NCBI GenBank assembly: GCA_013239625.1
Contig: MU054001.1
Location: 4,442,167-4,506,166 of the forward strand
Length of the DNA: 64,000 nucleotides
Direction of reading: 5' to 3'
Origin: Lama guanicoe
Lineage: Eukaryota
A program made the position numbers and the translations under genes. Shown here one piece after another: positions 27,604 through 39,878 of the stretch; position 1 is the first letter of the stretch; every line of letters starts with the position of its first letter. The notes under the pieces are model-generated. The model did no database searches, had not been told where the DNA came from, and worked only from the letters and a program-made list of their open reading frames with translations.

Positions 27604-30104
27604 TGTGGATACACTACAATTTGTTTTTTCATTCACATGGACATTTGGTGGATATTTCCGGTTTTTGGCTATTACAAATAAAGCTGCTGTGAACTTTCAT
27701 GTACAAGTCTTTGTGTAGACATGTGCCTTTATTTTGGGTAAAAATCTAGGAATGGACTGGTCAGGTTATGTATGTTTTACTTTTTAAGAAGCTACCAAAT
27801 TGTTCTGTGAAGAGATTATACCGTTTTACATTCCCACCAGCAGCACATGAGAGTTCCGGTTCCTCCGTATCAGTCTTGAGGTTTGAATTTTGAGTTGCTC
27901 TTAGGTGGTCACCCTGATGTGTGGTGGGAGGCTCTTCGCCTGCTGCAACACAGCCAGGAAGGGCGTGGGCCTGGAGCCATCCCTCCCTATGTTCTCAAAG
28001 GAGAAGTTTTTTTTTAACCTATGGGAATTTACTTTCCATAAAAATATAAGATGACTTAATATCTTTACTTACCCCTTTTACTTATCCTTCTTTCATTGCT
28101 TTTGCTAAATTTTTCACTTGCAGACTTCCTGGGTTAACCTCAGAGTTTCCAGACTGTGACGCATTAAAAGGAGCATATTTTTCAAACCAGACACAGCTGG
28201 ATTTGAATTTGGTCTTCACAGCTTAGCAGTGTAGCAAGTCATATGAGCCTCAGTTTCCTCATTTGTTTTTAAAAAGTGTGTGCAGGGAGGTTGATATTAC
28301 CCAGCGTGTATGGTTGTTATAAGGTTTAAATATAATGCGTTGAAAACATCTTCAGTGAACATATGGGAAACTGTTCATTTCCCTGCTTGTATTTATAATT
28401 ATAAGTTCCATTTTCTACCTGACAATGGTTAATCTGCCACTCACAAAGTGAGGAGAGAACTGAAGTTTAGCAGGTGCCACTGGATAGAGGGAAGCCACAG
28501 GGAATATGGCAGAATACCGTGGCACTGCCAGAACTCAGGGTAACCTTGCAACTTTTAATAATGGCCAAGCCTTTGACCTTTTGCGTTGTAATGGGGATGT
28601 ATTTCATGTGCATATTTATGTACTTCTACAAAGGAAACTCCTGCCTGAGTGTAAATCCACTCTCCAGGAAGGATGTTTCTCAGGCCTCTGGGATCCTACC
28701 CGATGTTTGCACCTGCCTTTCCCAGAGCTTGGGCTGCAGTGTTTGAGCGTGGGCCTTTTGGCCTGCAGAATCCTTTGTCCAGCTGGCCGAGGTACATTAA
28801 GAGTGCATGGGGCCTTCCCTCCCATGGAGAAGTGGGGAGTTATTCTTTGATGGCTGGGCCAAACTGCTCATCTGATGATGTTACTGGAGTTTGAAAGGTG
28901 GTCCTGAAAGGAGTTTTAAGTTGTCAGGTGGTTGACATTAGCATGGCTAGGTGGGCTGGAGAGGGAACTTCGAGGCAAATGGGAGGATCTGGTGAAGTGG
29001 GAAGTGCGGGAGTTGGTAGGATTCATTTTGCCAGGTGGGGGTGTCTGGAGGCCTTTTCTCCCCTGCCTGACCACTGGGTTCCAAGTATCCTGCAGTGTTT
29101 CTCCTTAGAGCCGGCTGGCTTTCTTGGCATCATTCAGTCTAGTTGCTAGGAAGCCGAATAAGGCAAATGCAACTTCCTTTTGACTTACTCACATTGAACC
29201 ATCTGCTTATTCCTTCTCATGGCCTTCAAACTTGGCTAGGATCATCGAGAAGAGGGTGGAGTGGAGCATCTGTGCTCCTTATCCTTTTTGGAAATGGAAA
29301 TCTTTCTAATAACTCTTTAACCCTCTCAGTCCAAATTTATAATAGTTAATCTTGTTTAGCCCCTTGTCTCTTCCAGCTAACAACTTGGAGCAGGCATTTG
29401 CTTCTTAGGTTTTGCCCTTTATTTTTGTCTTCGATTTTGATTTATGTTATTAATTAACCACACAACTTCTGAATGAGGAAGATGGTGTCTCTGTCAAAAC
29501 GCATTTGGCATGTAGATATTTATAACAGTGACCTTAATTGAGGATTTAATACTTAGAATTATGCACATGATTCATTTAGGAATTTTCTTTTATAAGCTCC
29601 ATTGTGGAGTTAGTGTCAGATACATTAAAGGTTGCAGATGATCCACGAGAATTTATGGTAATATTGGTGGAGCATCTGGGAAAGAAAAGCTTTAAAAAAT
29701 AGTGATTTATTGTTACTATTATCTTTCATAGTTACCAAACCATCAGCATTGCATGCAAACTTTTAGTGAGTTTGGCTCAGTTGGGCAAATCAGGTTTATT
29801 ATGTTGAAGCTCCTTGCTGTCAGTGAGTTTATAATGGTCTTCTGTGACAGAGCTGTGCCTTCAATTGTCAACTCGGCAAAAGCATTTGAGCAAGCAAACT
29901 AGGCAAAAATAGAAATAGGCATTGCAAAATAAAGTAGGGGTTCTGAAAAAAAAAGTCTTGAGAAAAGCCATTGTTTGAGTTTTTAAAACCCGGTTGAACT
30001 GAAGACTTAATCACCTTTGAGTGCACCAGAGCTGCAGAAACCGATGTGAGGACTATGGGAAATAATTTCTTCTTAAGTGTAATTTTATCTTTGTTGTTTT
30101 TTAG

Positions 30105-30185
30105 CAGTAAGCCATATAAACCTTTTCTGCCGACTTCTTATTCTCCCCAAGAGGGCTACTTAAAGGAGGGTGAAGACATGCTAAG
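30105..30185 (+). CDS. NCOA5L: NCOA5-like protein, coding exon 2 (SKPYKPFLPTSYSPQEGYLKEGEDML)
   Basis: Pyrimidine tract plus tandem acceptor ttttTAG CAG, donor AAG|GTAAAA, 81 nt, phase 2-2, open frame. Confidence 0.75.
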
Positions 30186-31329
30186 GTAAAATTTTATTGT
30201 TGTGGCTCAATTTGCTAAAAGCTTTAGTAATAATTTAGATGTGGTCTTACTGTGCAGACTTACGTGTTTGTTAAAATTGATGTTATTAATATTTGCTTTT
30301 TGGGAAGTCCCACAGGCCAACTTGATCATATTAAGCCATTCCACTTTAATTTTCACCTTTGCATAGACATTTGGGCTCTAGGAACTAAACAGACCTGCAG
30401 CCTGAAGGGACTCAGCCACTCAGGTCTTCTCTTTGTGGATTTGTCAGTCAGCTCTAAGGTGGGTAACCCACCTGGTGGGTTATCTGTAGCAGGCCCCGGA
30501 CTCCCTTCTGAAACTCCCTTCTTCCACGCCCACACACCTTTTCTCTACTGCCATCTAACCATTGGTATGTGCTCAAAAAATGCGAATTTATTTTATTATG
30601 AGACAGGTCAATATTCCAGACCAGGTATAAATTAAAGTTACTTTAAAATTATTTTTTAACCCAAGAAATGGAAAAATAGTTATGAAAGTGTCTGATAATA
30701 AAAAGTGAAAATCCCTTTTCAGAACTCTCCCAATGTTTTTTTCCTTGCTTGTAACTTAAATGGTTCATTTCACACTGGTATGTTTTTCTGGAACTTGTTT
30801 CTTTCACTTAACAGTACGTCGCAGAGGATTATTCATCCTCATTGTGTTTGACCACTGTGTGGTATCCCCAAGTAAGTAAACCAGTTTTGAAGGTTATCTT
30901 ATTTAGTTTACTCTGTCTTCTACATTCAGCAGTGGAGTTCTTCTAAGAAACTAAATAGGTAAATCAACATGGCAGTTCAAGATTCTTGCCTTGGATCGAC
31001 CTCTGTAGTTTTGGTAAAAGCAAGTTCCTTGAACTGTATTTAAATTGATTTTTGTATGTATGAACCTTGACAGGGCCTCTCTCTTGCCTGCATTAAAGAT
31101 GAGATTTGTGTCAGATTAGATTAATAATTCAAAATTGAAAAGTGCTTTCCTCAACTGCAGAAGCACTTGAAAGTATAGAATTCAGGAGTGACTATTAACA
31201 GAGGCTAGCTTCTCTCAGGTAGCATTTCCTGAAAATGAGACTTAGAACTGTTTGGCGATATTCTGAAGGAGAGATTTTCTTTGCCCTGGGCCTGAAAGAA
31301 ACCTAAAGGCAGAGGTAGATAATAAGGAC

Positions 31330-31560
31330 TTATATCTATTGAGGGCCTCTCTGTGGCCGGCACCATTCTATAGGATTTACCTGTATTAACTCGTTTAATC
31401 CTCATAGCAATGTTTAGAGGCAGATTCTCCTAATAGCCCCATTTTACAGGTGAGGAGACTAAGGCATAATGGTGTTAAGTAACTTGTTCAAGCTGGTAAG
31501 TAAGTGATGGAGTTGAGATTCAAACTCAGGTAGCTGCAGTTTCAACATACTGCCTTTCCT
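31330..31560 (-). mobile_element. MIR SINE
   Basis: cccattttacaggtgaggagactaaggca...gttaagtaacttgttcaag. Confidence 0.75.
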
Positions 31561-32746
31561 GGATGAACAGGTACCAGCTTCTAGGGCACCTCCCAGTAAG
31601 CCCCCCCTTATTATTTAGGGTAGTGGTGGGGAGTTTACAATACCCCTTCATTAAAAGAAAGTAACTGTATGAAGTTTGAGGGGAAGCCTGTAAGAGCATA
31701 GTGTAGCAGGGTTAGAGAAAGCAGGCAGTCTGAAGAATGGCCTCTGGAGTCAACGGCCAGCATTTGTCAGAGACAGCAGACAAAGATAAAGCCTGCTTGC
31801 GGGAGGGGAGCATTCTTGTGTAGCTCAGGATTCTCAGGGCAGTAGGGGAGGCATGGACTTAGGCAAAAGCTTTGCGTCTAAAAGTCTGGAGCTGCGACTG
31901 CTCTGTCAGGCGGTTGGACATGGACAAGAACCCGAATGAGCATCGCACAGGGAAAGAGCAAAGGGAATCGACGCTTGTTGGCAGCTTGCTGAGTAGTCAT
32001 GGTTTGAGGTGCTCCACGGCTGCTTTGCCAGGCAGTGTGATGCCTCTGGTGAGAAAAGAGCTAATTGCTGCCTGCCGAGGGGATTCTCTCTCTGGCAGGT
32101 CATTCCTTGTGGACAGAAACATCGGTGTCTGGATGCTGGGGAGCTGCAGTAAAAATGCCTGATTTAGGGTCCATAGTGCATTGAATGCCCCCTTTCCTGT
32201 TAAATCACAGCAGGGGGAACCACTTTAGATGGCTGATAGATCACCCAGCATCTGTGCACTATTCTGCACACCTTTAGCAGGGGGAAATCGCTTGCTCACG
32301 GGAGCTGTAGAGTGTTTAGGAGTAAAGTGGGCAGATCTTGTTGATTCGTCTTTTCACCCATATCCAGTGAAAACCTTCAGAGATAAGCACCTCTTGTTTA
32401 AAAGATGAACACTTCAGATGAAATTCTCTCATGTCCTTTAGAATAAACACCTGAAAGTATGAATCTCACTCTCTGTCTATATCTGAATCTTACTTGACAA
32501 AGATCAATGGCTCCATGTAGTACTTTTCATTATAACAGACAAAAGGAACTGAATGGGAAAGAGCAGAAAATTCCAGAAACTAATAATATTGTGAAACGAG
32601 AACAGATCATTGAGCTTCGTTTTAGTCTTTATTTAGGTGCCTATATGTTGTGCTTGGTGATCTGGCATTTATTTTTGGGCTTTTGGGGACCCGTTTAGAG
32701 GGAGAATGTATTTGCACAAACTGTTATATTTTCATGCATCCAACAG

Positions 32747-32829
32747 CATTGAAGAATTATGGCGAAGGGTGGCTGATTATACAAAAGGGAATGAAGAGAG
32801 CCATGCGCGATGCCAGTACTCTCAGCTGG
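32747..32829 (+). CDS. NCOA5L: NCOA5-like protein, coding exon 3 (SIEELWRRVADYTKGNEESHARCQYSQL)
   Basis: Acceptor caacAG|C, donor TGG|GTAAGA, 83 nt, phase 2-1 bridging its neighbours in frame. Confidence 0.75.
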
Positions 32830-33020
32830 GTAAGAATCTTGTTGAAAGTGTCCTTATATTTTCCTTGTCTGTTCTTTGTAGCTGTGTAGTCTTTGATTTA
32901 CACTTTTGTAAGACACCCTGAAAACCTTTCTTGGGTGAGTTTTTTCTTCTGGTGAGTTTTTGCTCACCAGTGCATTACTTTTGGCCTCGCAAAAAGCATG
33001 AATACATCAATATTTTCCAG

Positions 33021-33147
33021 ATGATGCCAGCGGCAGGGACGCTCGGAAAGAGGGGCTTTTCCAGCACTTTTATCAAGTGGTTCAGAAAGAGCGTGACCGA
33101 GAGAGGCCTTCCGATTGCGTTATTGTTTCTATCGACAAAGAACAGAG
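33021..33147 (+). CDS. NCOA5L: NCOA5-like protein, coding exon 4 (DDASGRDARKEGLFQHFYQVVQKERDRERPSDCVIVSIDKEQR)
   Basis: ttttccAG| acceptor, GAG|GTAGAC donor, 127 nt, phase 1-2. Aligns by eye with NCOA5 RREELYRQYFEEIQRRFDAERPVDCSVIVVNKQ. This frame is not shown in the ORF track. Confidence 0.9.
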
Positions 33148-35049
33148 GTAGACTCTTTCCTTTTTAGCGTGTCAAATGAGGTTGTGTAAAGCCAAATGAC
33201 TAAGTATTCCGCTTTATATGCATTGCTGAGAAATGCTCTGCTGGAACACTGCTTTAAGAATTACAAGCATTATGCTGTTGGATTTACCAAGCTGGTGGTA
33301 GAGGCATCCTGTGGGCGGGGCGATTTCTAAAGATTACTGTCATATTCAGCTTTCTGTATTACCCGAGTCTTCTACAGTGAGTACCTATTACTTTTATAAT
33401 CAGGAAAAAAAAAAAGCTATTTTCAGGACTGGCTTCCATGTGCCAGGCACTGAGCTAGGCTTTGGGGATACTTGAGTGAACATGATGGGCAAACCCCTGC
33501 CCTGAGGCACTGACCATGTGCCAAAAAGTTGCTCTCACTGATCTTTCAGAGAAGGGTTCTCTCATTTCTTAACTGCCGGTTGAATTCCTCTCAGTCTTTG
33601 TGCTGTTTTTGCTTCAACATGGGATGCCTGTTCCCTGTTCTGCACCTCACTCATTCAGGCCTCTTAAAGCACAGTTGCAGCCCAGTCTGTGTCCAGCTCA
33701 TACTTCAGGCCTATGTAGTGCCCTGATCTCACCACTGCCTGGCACTTGAGGGCAGACAGGGACTTCACATATGATGATAACTGTGTCTGGATTATGTCAG
33801 GTTTTGTCATGCTTGGCAGGGAGCCTGGCACATAGACAAATGGTCGGCTGCAGGCATCCATGGTTACTCCAGGCTAGGTCCTGCGTGAGTGATACTGAAG
33901 ACCCAGACGTGATGAGAACTAGTGATTCCTGAACAGGAGGCCAGGCATACACAAAACGTAGCCCAGCATTAAGGCAGCATTGGTTTCCTCACTTTTTTAA
34001 TGTGAAAATCTGCAATTTTAAAGTGACCCAGAATTTTTATTCTATGATAACTCCTTTATAGAAATCTACTTTATTTGTAGATGGCATCTTTAGTCTGAGT
34101 TTGTGAAAGCAAAATTATAGCTCCATCTCGTTTGGAGGGTTATTTGGGTTGGACCTTGGGAGACAGCGTACTAGAAGAAATGAGGTCAGTCATAGCGTGG
34201 GGAGGGTAGGAGAGGCCAGTTCCTTTTACATTAGAAAATTATAGAATTTCTGTTTAATAATTGAAAGACAACCAGGCGTGCTCTGGATTAATTTGATCAT
34301 GTAATTTAAACTGATTTTGAACCCAGAGGCAGTAAAGACTCTGCATGCGTAGTAGCTTTGTTTTCCCTCAACAGTTGGCAGCTTTGCCACCATACTCTGC
34401 ATCAGTCAGGGAAATGACATTAGTTTTTGATTATATTAGCTTTCTCAAAACTTGTAGCAAGAATCCCACCCAACTTGTAGCAGCCTGCGCTTCTTTTAGA
34501 ATTGTGAGTGACTCCAGCTGCCATTCAACTTACCTTAATAGTGATATTCTTGCCACCTTCCCATCTCTGGAGCCAGGCTGACTGGTATTAATTTGAGTGC
34601 AGAGTTCTGTGGGAGAGGAGTACTGGAGGTTGCTCTGCTCCCCACTCCGTCTGGAGTGGTGGTCACTCCTCTGCTTGGCGTTCTGCAGGTCTGGCATTTA
34701 GCCAGGGATTAGGATCCTGGTGGCTTTATCCTTTAGGACCTCTGCCTTGTGGGTCTGTGTCTGCCAGGGAATCTGTAAACTAGGCCATGCTGCCGGCTCT
34801 CTTGTCACTTCAGTGTCGGGAAGATTTGTAGTGATAAGTTAGTTGGCTAATTCATTCCTTTATAGTCCAAAACAGTAATTAATTTTCAAGTCACATCATC
34901 TAGTGTGAGTCATTTTTGTGATAATTGTGACTCATGGGCTGTCACTCTGTAAATATGAACCATTTCATATTTTTCTTGTTTTCCTCTTGGAATTTATTTT
35001 CTGAAATCATCCATTCTCTCCTAAATTGCCAGAAAAGCATTTTTCCTGC

Positions 35050-35830
35050 CATCATATTAATTTTTCATTCACAAAATATAAATTTTGTGCACTGTTAATG
35101 TGTAAAGCTCTGTGCTGGGCACAGTGAGAAACATAAAGATAATTAACAATTCCCGTTTGTACCACGTGCAGTCTAATAAAATAAAACGAGCATAAATAAC
35201 AACTGGAAGATGGAATATGCCAAGAGTTGTTCTGAGCAGAGTGTGCATTCAAGGAAGAGTGGGTTACCGTTGTGGGTCCCAACAAGATGAATCAAGGAGG
35301 CTTTAGGGAATAATATCATTTGAGCTGGGCCTTTGAGGTGAGGATGCTAAGAGTCTAGCCAACAGAATGGCAAGGAAGGCACAGCTGGAAACACTGTGGG
35401 GAGAGTTGATTGTCCTAAGATCACAAGAAATTAAACTTGGGGAGAGAAACAGAATGTTGGAAGCTCTGTGGGTTACAAAACCTATTAAGATAGGTTTGAG
35501 CCATGTCTTGCCAGGACTTTGAACACTAGGTTAAGAAATTTAGGATGCTGAACAGTTACTAGGGCCGTTTTGAACGCAGTACTTTTAACAGGATTACTCA
35601 GACTGACATGTAGAATGATTGGGGCGAGAAAAGAAAATCAAGGCTAAAAGCTATGTTAGGAGGGCTTTGTAGCTTTCTAAGCAAGTGTTGGGCAGGAATG
35701 AAAGCATTAACCCAAAGGAGTGGTCTAGGGCAGATTCTTCAGGACTTGAGGACCAAGGCTAAGGAAGTAGGTGATGAGATGACTCTGGGTTTTGATCAAA
35801 GGTTAAGTTATGGGATGGTTGATGCTGACT
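35050..35830. mobile_element. Degraded L2 fragment
   Basis: ctctgtgctgggcacagtg..., catttgagctgggcc, gatgactctgggttttg L2-like motifs. Confidence 0.5.
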
Positions 35831-36494
35831 GAGATGGTTAACTCCAGTATCATCCATTTACTCTTTAGCAAGGAATTGTCTCAGCGGTAGTAACCTCAAC
35901 AAGTATTGGTATATCCCAGGAACTAACTGTAAATGAGCATTGTCTCATTTTTCTGAAGATAATAGTCTCATTTGTTCTTTAAAACAATTAAAATTTTTCT
36001 TTGCTAGTCTTTAAATTGAAATGACTTCATCAAATAACACTTGAATGATTCCATTTGGAAAAATGCTGGCCATATTCATGGTGCTTACCCAGTGTGTCAT
36101 GTCACACAGAAACACAGCTTTGACATACTCTCCTTTCTTTATTAAGTTATGTACATAATAAACCATAAAAGGACTCTATGTTTTCACAAAAGTAAGCTTC
36201 CTTTTAGTCAGAATTGCCTCCAGTTCTCTTAACTGATTCCATCAGATGGATAACACACCTTTGAATGTGTTTGGTGTGTCTAGGAATGACAATAAGTTGT
36301 AGCACATGCATGACTTTTGGAAAAATATGGCATCTCCCACCTCACTTATCTAAATACAGTAAAAGTATAGTGTCTTGGACCTCACTTACCTAAGTTTGGG
36401 CGCATCAAAGTATCTGCGGAACAACTGCTTGGTGACATAGATTTTTTTTTTTGCCCCGTTTGTTTGATGAAAAGTAACCCACCTTTTTCTTGTT

Positions 36495-36518
36495 TGTGTG
36501 TGTGTGTGTGTTTTTTTT
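36495..36518 (+). repeat. (TG)8 T8 tract at a splice acceptor
   Basis: tgtgtgtgtgtgtgtg tttttttt cag directly before exon 36522. Confidence 0.95.
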
Positions 36519-36521
36519 CAG

Positions 36522-36721
36522 GGAATATGCAATAGCTATAGGTCATCGGTTGCAGGATCATGGCCTTGTGGTGGAAATGATTCACCTTGCCTCTGAGTCG
36601 AGCCTCACTCGAGCACTCCAGGAAGTTAAAGACGATGGGTCCCCATTTTGTATTCTTGTCGAACAGTCCAACGTAAAACTTTCTTCCTGCACTGTAATTA
36701 TGCTTCATGAGTCTATCAAAA
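36522..36721 (+). CDS. NCOA5L: NCOA5-like protein, coding exon 5 (anticodon-binding-like domain core)
   Basis: EYAIAIGHRLQDHGLVVEMIHLASESSLTRALQEVKDDGSPFCILVEQSNVKLSSCTVIML versus NCOA5 DYAESVGRKVRDLGMVVDLIFLNTEVSLSQALEDVSRGGSPFAIVITQQHQIHRSCTVNIM; ttttcAG| and A|GTAAGT; 200 nt, phase 2-1. Confidence 0.93.
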
Positions 36722-39602
36722 GTAAGTTTAGCTCAATCTAGAACCATCATCTAAAATAGATCCTGCTTTTAAAATGTAATATTTTTCCTTTGTATGCGAG
36801 TACATTCTGAAGGTTCACATTTGTCAGTAACTAAACTGGATCCAGTTAAGAAAAGATGACTTGAAATGTTATCACAGAGTTCTCTTTGGTATATTGTAGA
36901 CAGTTGAAACTTAAATTGTCTTCATTGCTTCTGACTTAAGGATCCAAAATATCGCATCCAAAATATTATGTAACCAATTCAGGTTTCTTATGTGGAACGT
37001 TTGACCAGGTCCCACCATCATTTTTTCTGCCCTTGGTGATAATGAGACTCCATGTTCATTATCCCCTTCATTCTCTTACACCTTCCTTGCCAACTCTGCC
37101 TTCTGTATGAGATCTTGAACATACAACGAGAATTCACAGAAATGAACTCTTTTCCCCCTCCCTGAAATACCCAGACTTTGGCGGATGCACGTGTCCTAGA
37201 CTACCCTCAGCTTCTCCCTCCTGGTCAGAGCTGCTACTTCGAGGGAGGAGGGGGCTGCCTTGAGTAGGGCCTTCAGCAGCTTACCTGGAGTTATAGCCAG
37301 ACAAGCATGGGTGTACCAGTCCTCTCGTATTTGCAGAAGCTCTTGGTACTGTTCTGTTCAGTCCAGACATATTGAGTTCCTCCTGTGTGCCAGGCCCTCT
37401 GCAAGATGTCAGGCCAACTTTGCTTCCTTGTTTTGTCCAGGTAAGCAGCAGCCAGGCACACTTCTCCAACAGACCCTGGACTGTCCATCCCGGCTCTAGT
37501 GTTCTTAGCAGTGTAGGATGTTCATTGCTGAGTCAGGAGATCTTTCCTGTGGGCAGAGACCTTGTGGAGCACTAGTAGCTGGATTTATATGCTGCTTATA
37601 GCTTCTGGAACTTGCAGAGAAGTCAGCGTAGGGTTGATGTTCAATACTCCAGCCATCATATTGGGTCTGAAAAAACAATAGGGAAGAACACTTGTTCCCC
37701 ATCATCTTGGGGATGCCAGAATACCTTTTATTCTGACCAGTCCATTTGCTTTGCCTCTTTGTAGCCACCCACACCCATCTGGCCAGCCCTTGCTCAATAC
37801 CCAAGAGTATGAAATAGCAGTTTCTCTAAGCATAGAAAAATGTCCAATTTATTTTAAAGAAATAAGACTAAACCACATTTATGTGGTACATAAGTTCCGA
37901 AAATGTGAAAGAAAATGCATACTTTCAAAAATTACAAATCCCAGTCTCCTGGGGTGGGGATGGAGAACTGTATAATTTGGACAGATTGTGCAAAAGATGA
38001 ATCATGTCTGGTTACTTAAGTGTTATGTTCATGCACAGTCATTTAGGAAATTATCACTAAAATAAGTAGGTTGAATAATTTGTTGAATACTGAAATACTT
38101 CAGAAAAACCCAGCATTACTTCAAGAAAAGTGTAATCTACTTTTAACATGTTACAAATTCAGAAGATAGCTTCTTCATCATGTCCAGAAAAGTATTAATA
38201 GGTAAGTGTTTCATTTCTCATTTGTGAATTTAATTATTGAACTCAGATCATAAGTAAAAAGAACACTTTGTTTCCTCCTATAAGCTGCGTCTGTTTTAGT
38301 AAGACTAGTCTTAGCTGGGCTCTCTTTCACAATGCTTTGTAGCCAACAGTTTGCTTCATACCTTGCATGCAGCCATTATTCAAAAGCGTGTGGAGCTGCT
38401 TCTGTGCTGAGACAAATATGTAAAATAGTCAAACAATGAAACTTCAGCACCTGAAGACAAATATCTATTCATACTTCTTCCTAAATGTAACCTTAATAAA
38501 CACAGTTTAAGATTTAGCCAAATACCACAATCTCCACTGTAGTTCTGTGGTGTCCCTTGGGTCCAAAATTTGTTCAGAAGCACGTGATATATGGCAAGAC
38601 AGGGTAGGGGCCTCCTATCTCAAATTAAACTTTTATTAGGTCTCATTCTCAGTAAATAAACCTAGGGGAGATCAGAAGACTGTGCACTGACTACAGCCAT
38701 CAAGTTACGTAAAAGCTATGCTACGCGTCTAGAATCCATTTTCTGTGTAATATTGAGGACCCAGAGCACTCCTGACCTGACCTGGAAAGGGTTTTAACAC
38801 GGTTTAAGGCCCCATACACCTGAACCAAAGAGTGCAGAGGCACCTAGAGGATGTGTGTTACACCTCATGCTGCAATGACAGAGCCAGGAAGCCCTGCGCC
38901 GCATGTCTGTCCATCTATCTGCCTTTTACCAAAATACTGCATATGCAGAGTTAAAAGATAAACACTGAAAAGTTCATAACGAGAAACAGCAGCCCCTGCT
39001 TCACTCTTTTCTCACCCCGCCTCCCCATCTAGAGGCTGCTGTTCTCAGGTCCTGGTTTCTTCTGTGAATCACACTCGTCTCGAATCATACACCCTGATTA
39101 CTGGACCCAAATGAAAACCTTCTTTTTCAGTTTTGTTTTTTTTTAATGAAAAACTTCCAGTAGCCAGTGATGGTTGTAGTTGCATCCTGTCTCTTTTTTT
39201 AGGCTAGATTTGTTTAGCCCTAAGAATTCCCATTGACATACATGCCACATATCTCTCCTCTCTCTCTCCCCCTGACCCCCTCTATCTCAGCTTAGCATGA
39301 AGCTATCCAATTGTGAAATAAGGGTGTATATGGAAACAGTAAACCACGCTGTCACATGTTATAATTTTGAAACAGAATGTGATGTTTGATTTTGAAATCT
39401 GACAGGGCACCTGCTGTTGAGGGTCCCGGTCTCTCGAGTCAGTAGACAGTCACATCTGTACTGAAAGCTGAGACAGTTTAAACATGTTCTTAGACTAACC
39501 ATGTTATCTTCTGATTGCTTTTCCTCTTGTCTTTTTGTAAACGTATTTTAAAAGCAAACAGAGCACCCATTTGATGTAAAGCAAGCTCTTTCTTGTCCCT
39601 AG

Positions 39603-39878
39603 TACATCGGCATATGCCCCTGGAGGATGCCCTGGTGCTGGTGGCTAAAGAACATAGGAGAGTTTTTGCTAAGCGGGAGCAGCAGGAACGCACTGAAACT
39701 TCTCTGAGGGCTGGAGATCTGGTAGATGACTTCCTGGCCCGGGAGTGCCTCACCAGCTACTCTGTCCCTTCGGGCATTCAGCATCTTCTTTTCCTGTTAA
39801 ACGAGGGCAAGCATTTGTACAGGAATGAGCTGGACGTACTCATCGACTACCTGAAGACCAGGAAAGGACAACTGGAAG
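39603..39878 (+). CDS. NCOA5L: NCOA5-like protein, coding exon 6 (HRHMPLEDALVLVA...IQHLLFLL...LIDYLKTRKGQLE)
   Basis: Matches NCOA5 HRNMPQADAMVLVARNY...IQSLINLLADNRYLT...IINYLRERK; ccctAG| and AAG|GTATTT; 276 nt, phase 1-1. Confidence 0.93.

Noticed and set aside
28474..28850. Overlapping ORFs after ttagcAG| at ~28473 as a missing exon
   Set aside because: No pyrimidine tract, no homology, and not needed for phase continuity between 11081 and 30105.
32931..33167. ORF-track frame MMPAAGTLGKRGFSSTFIKW... and the ALKNYGEGW frame at 32747-32829
   Set aside because: Open, but the wrong frame; only the DDASGRDARKE...ERPSDC frame matches NCOA5 and keeps phase with the 36522 exon.
33021..39878. Calling the gene NCOA5 itself
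   Set aside because: Mammalian NCOA5 is highly conserved. This protein is only distantly similar in the core and lacks the RD-rich N-terminus and the NCOA5-type C-terminus.
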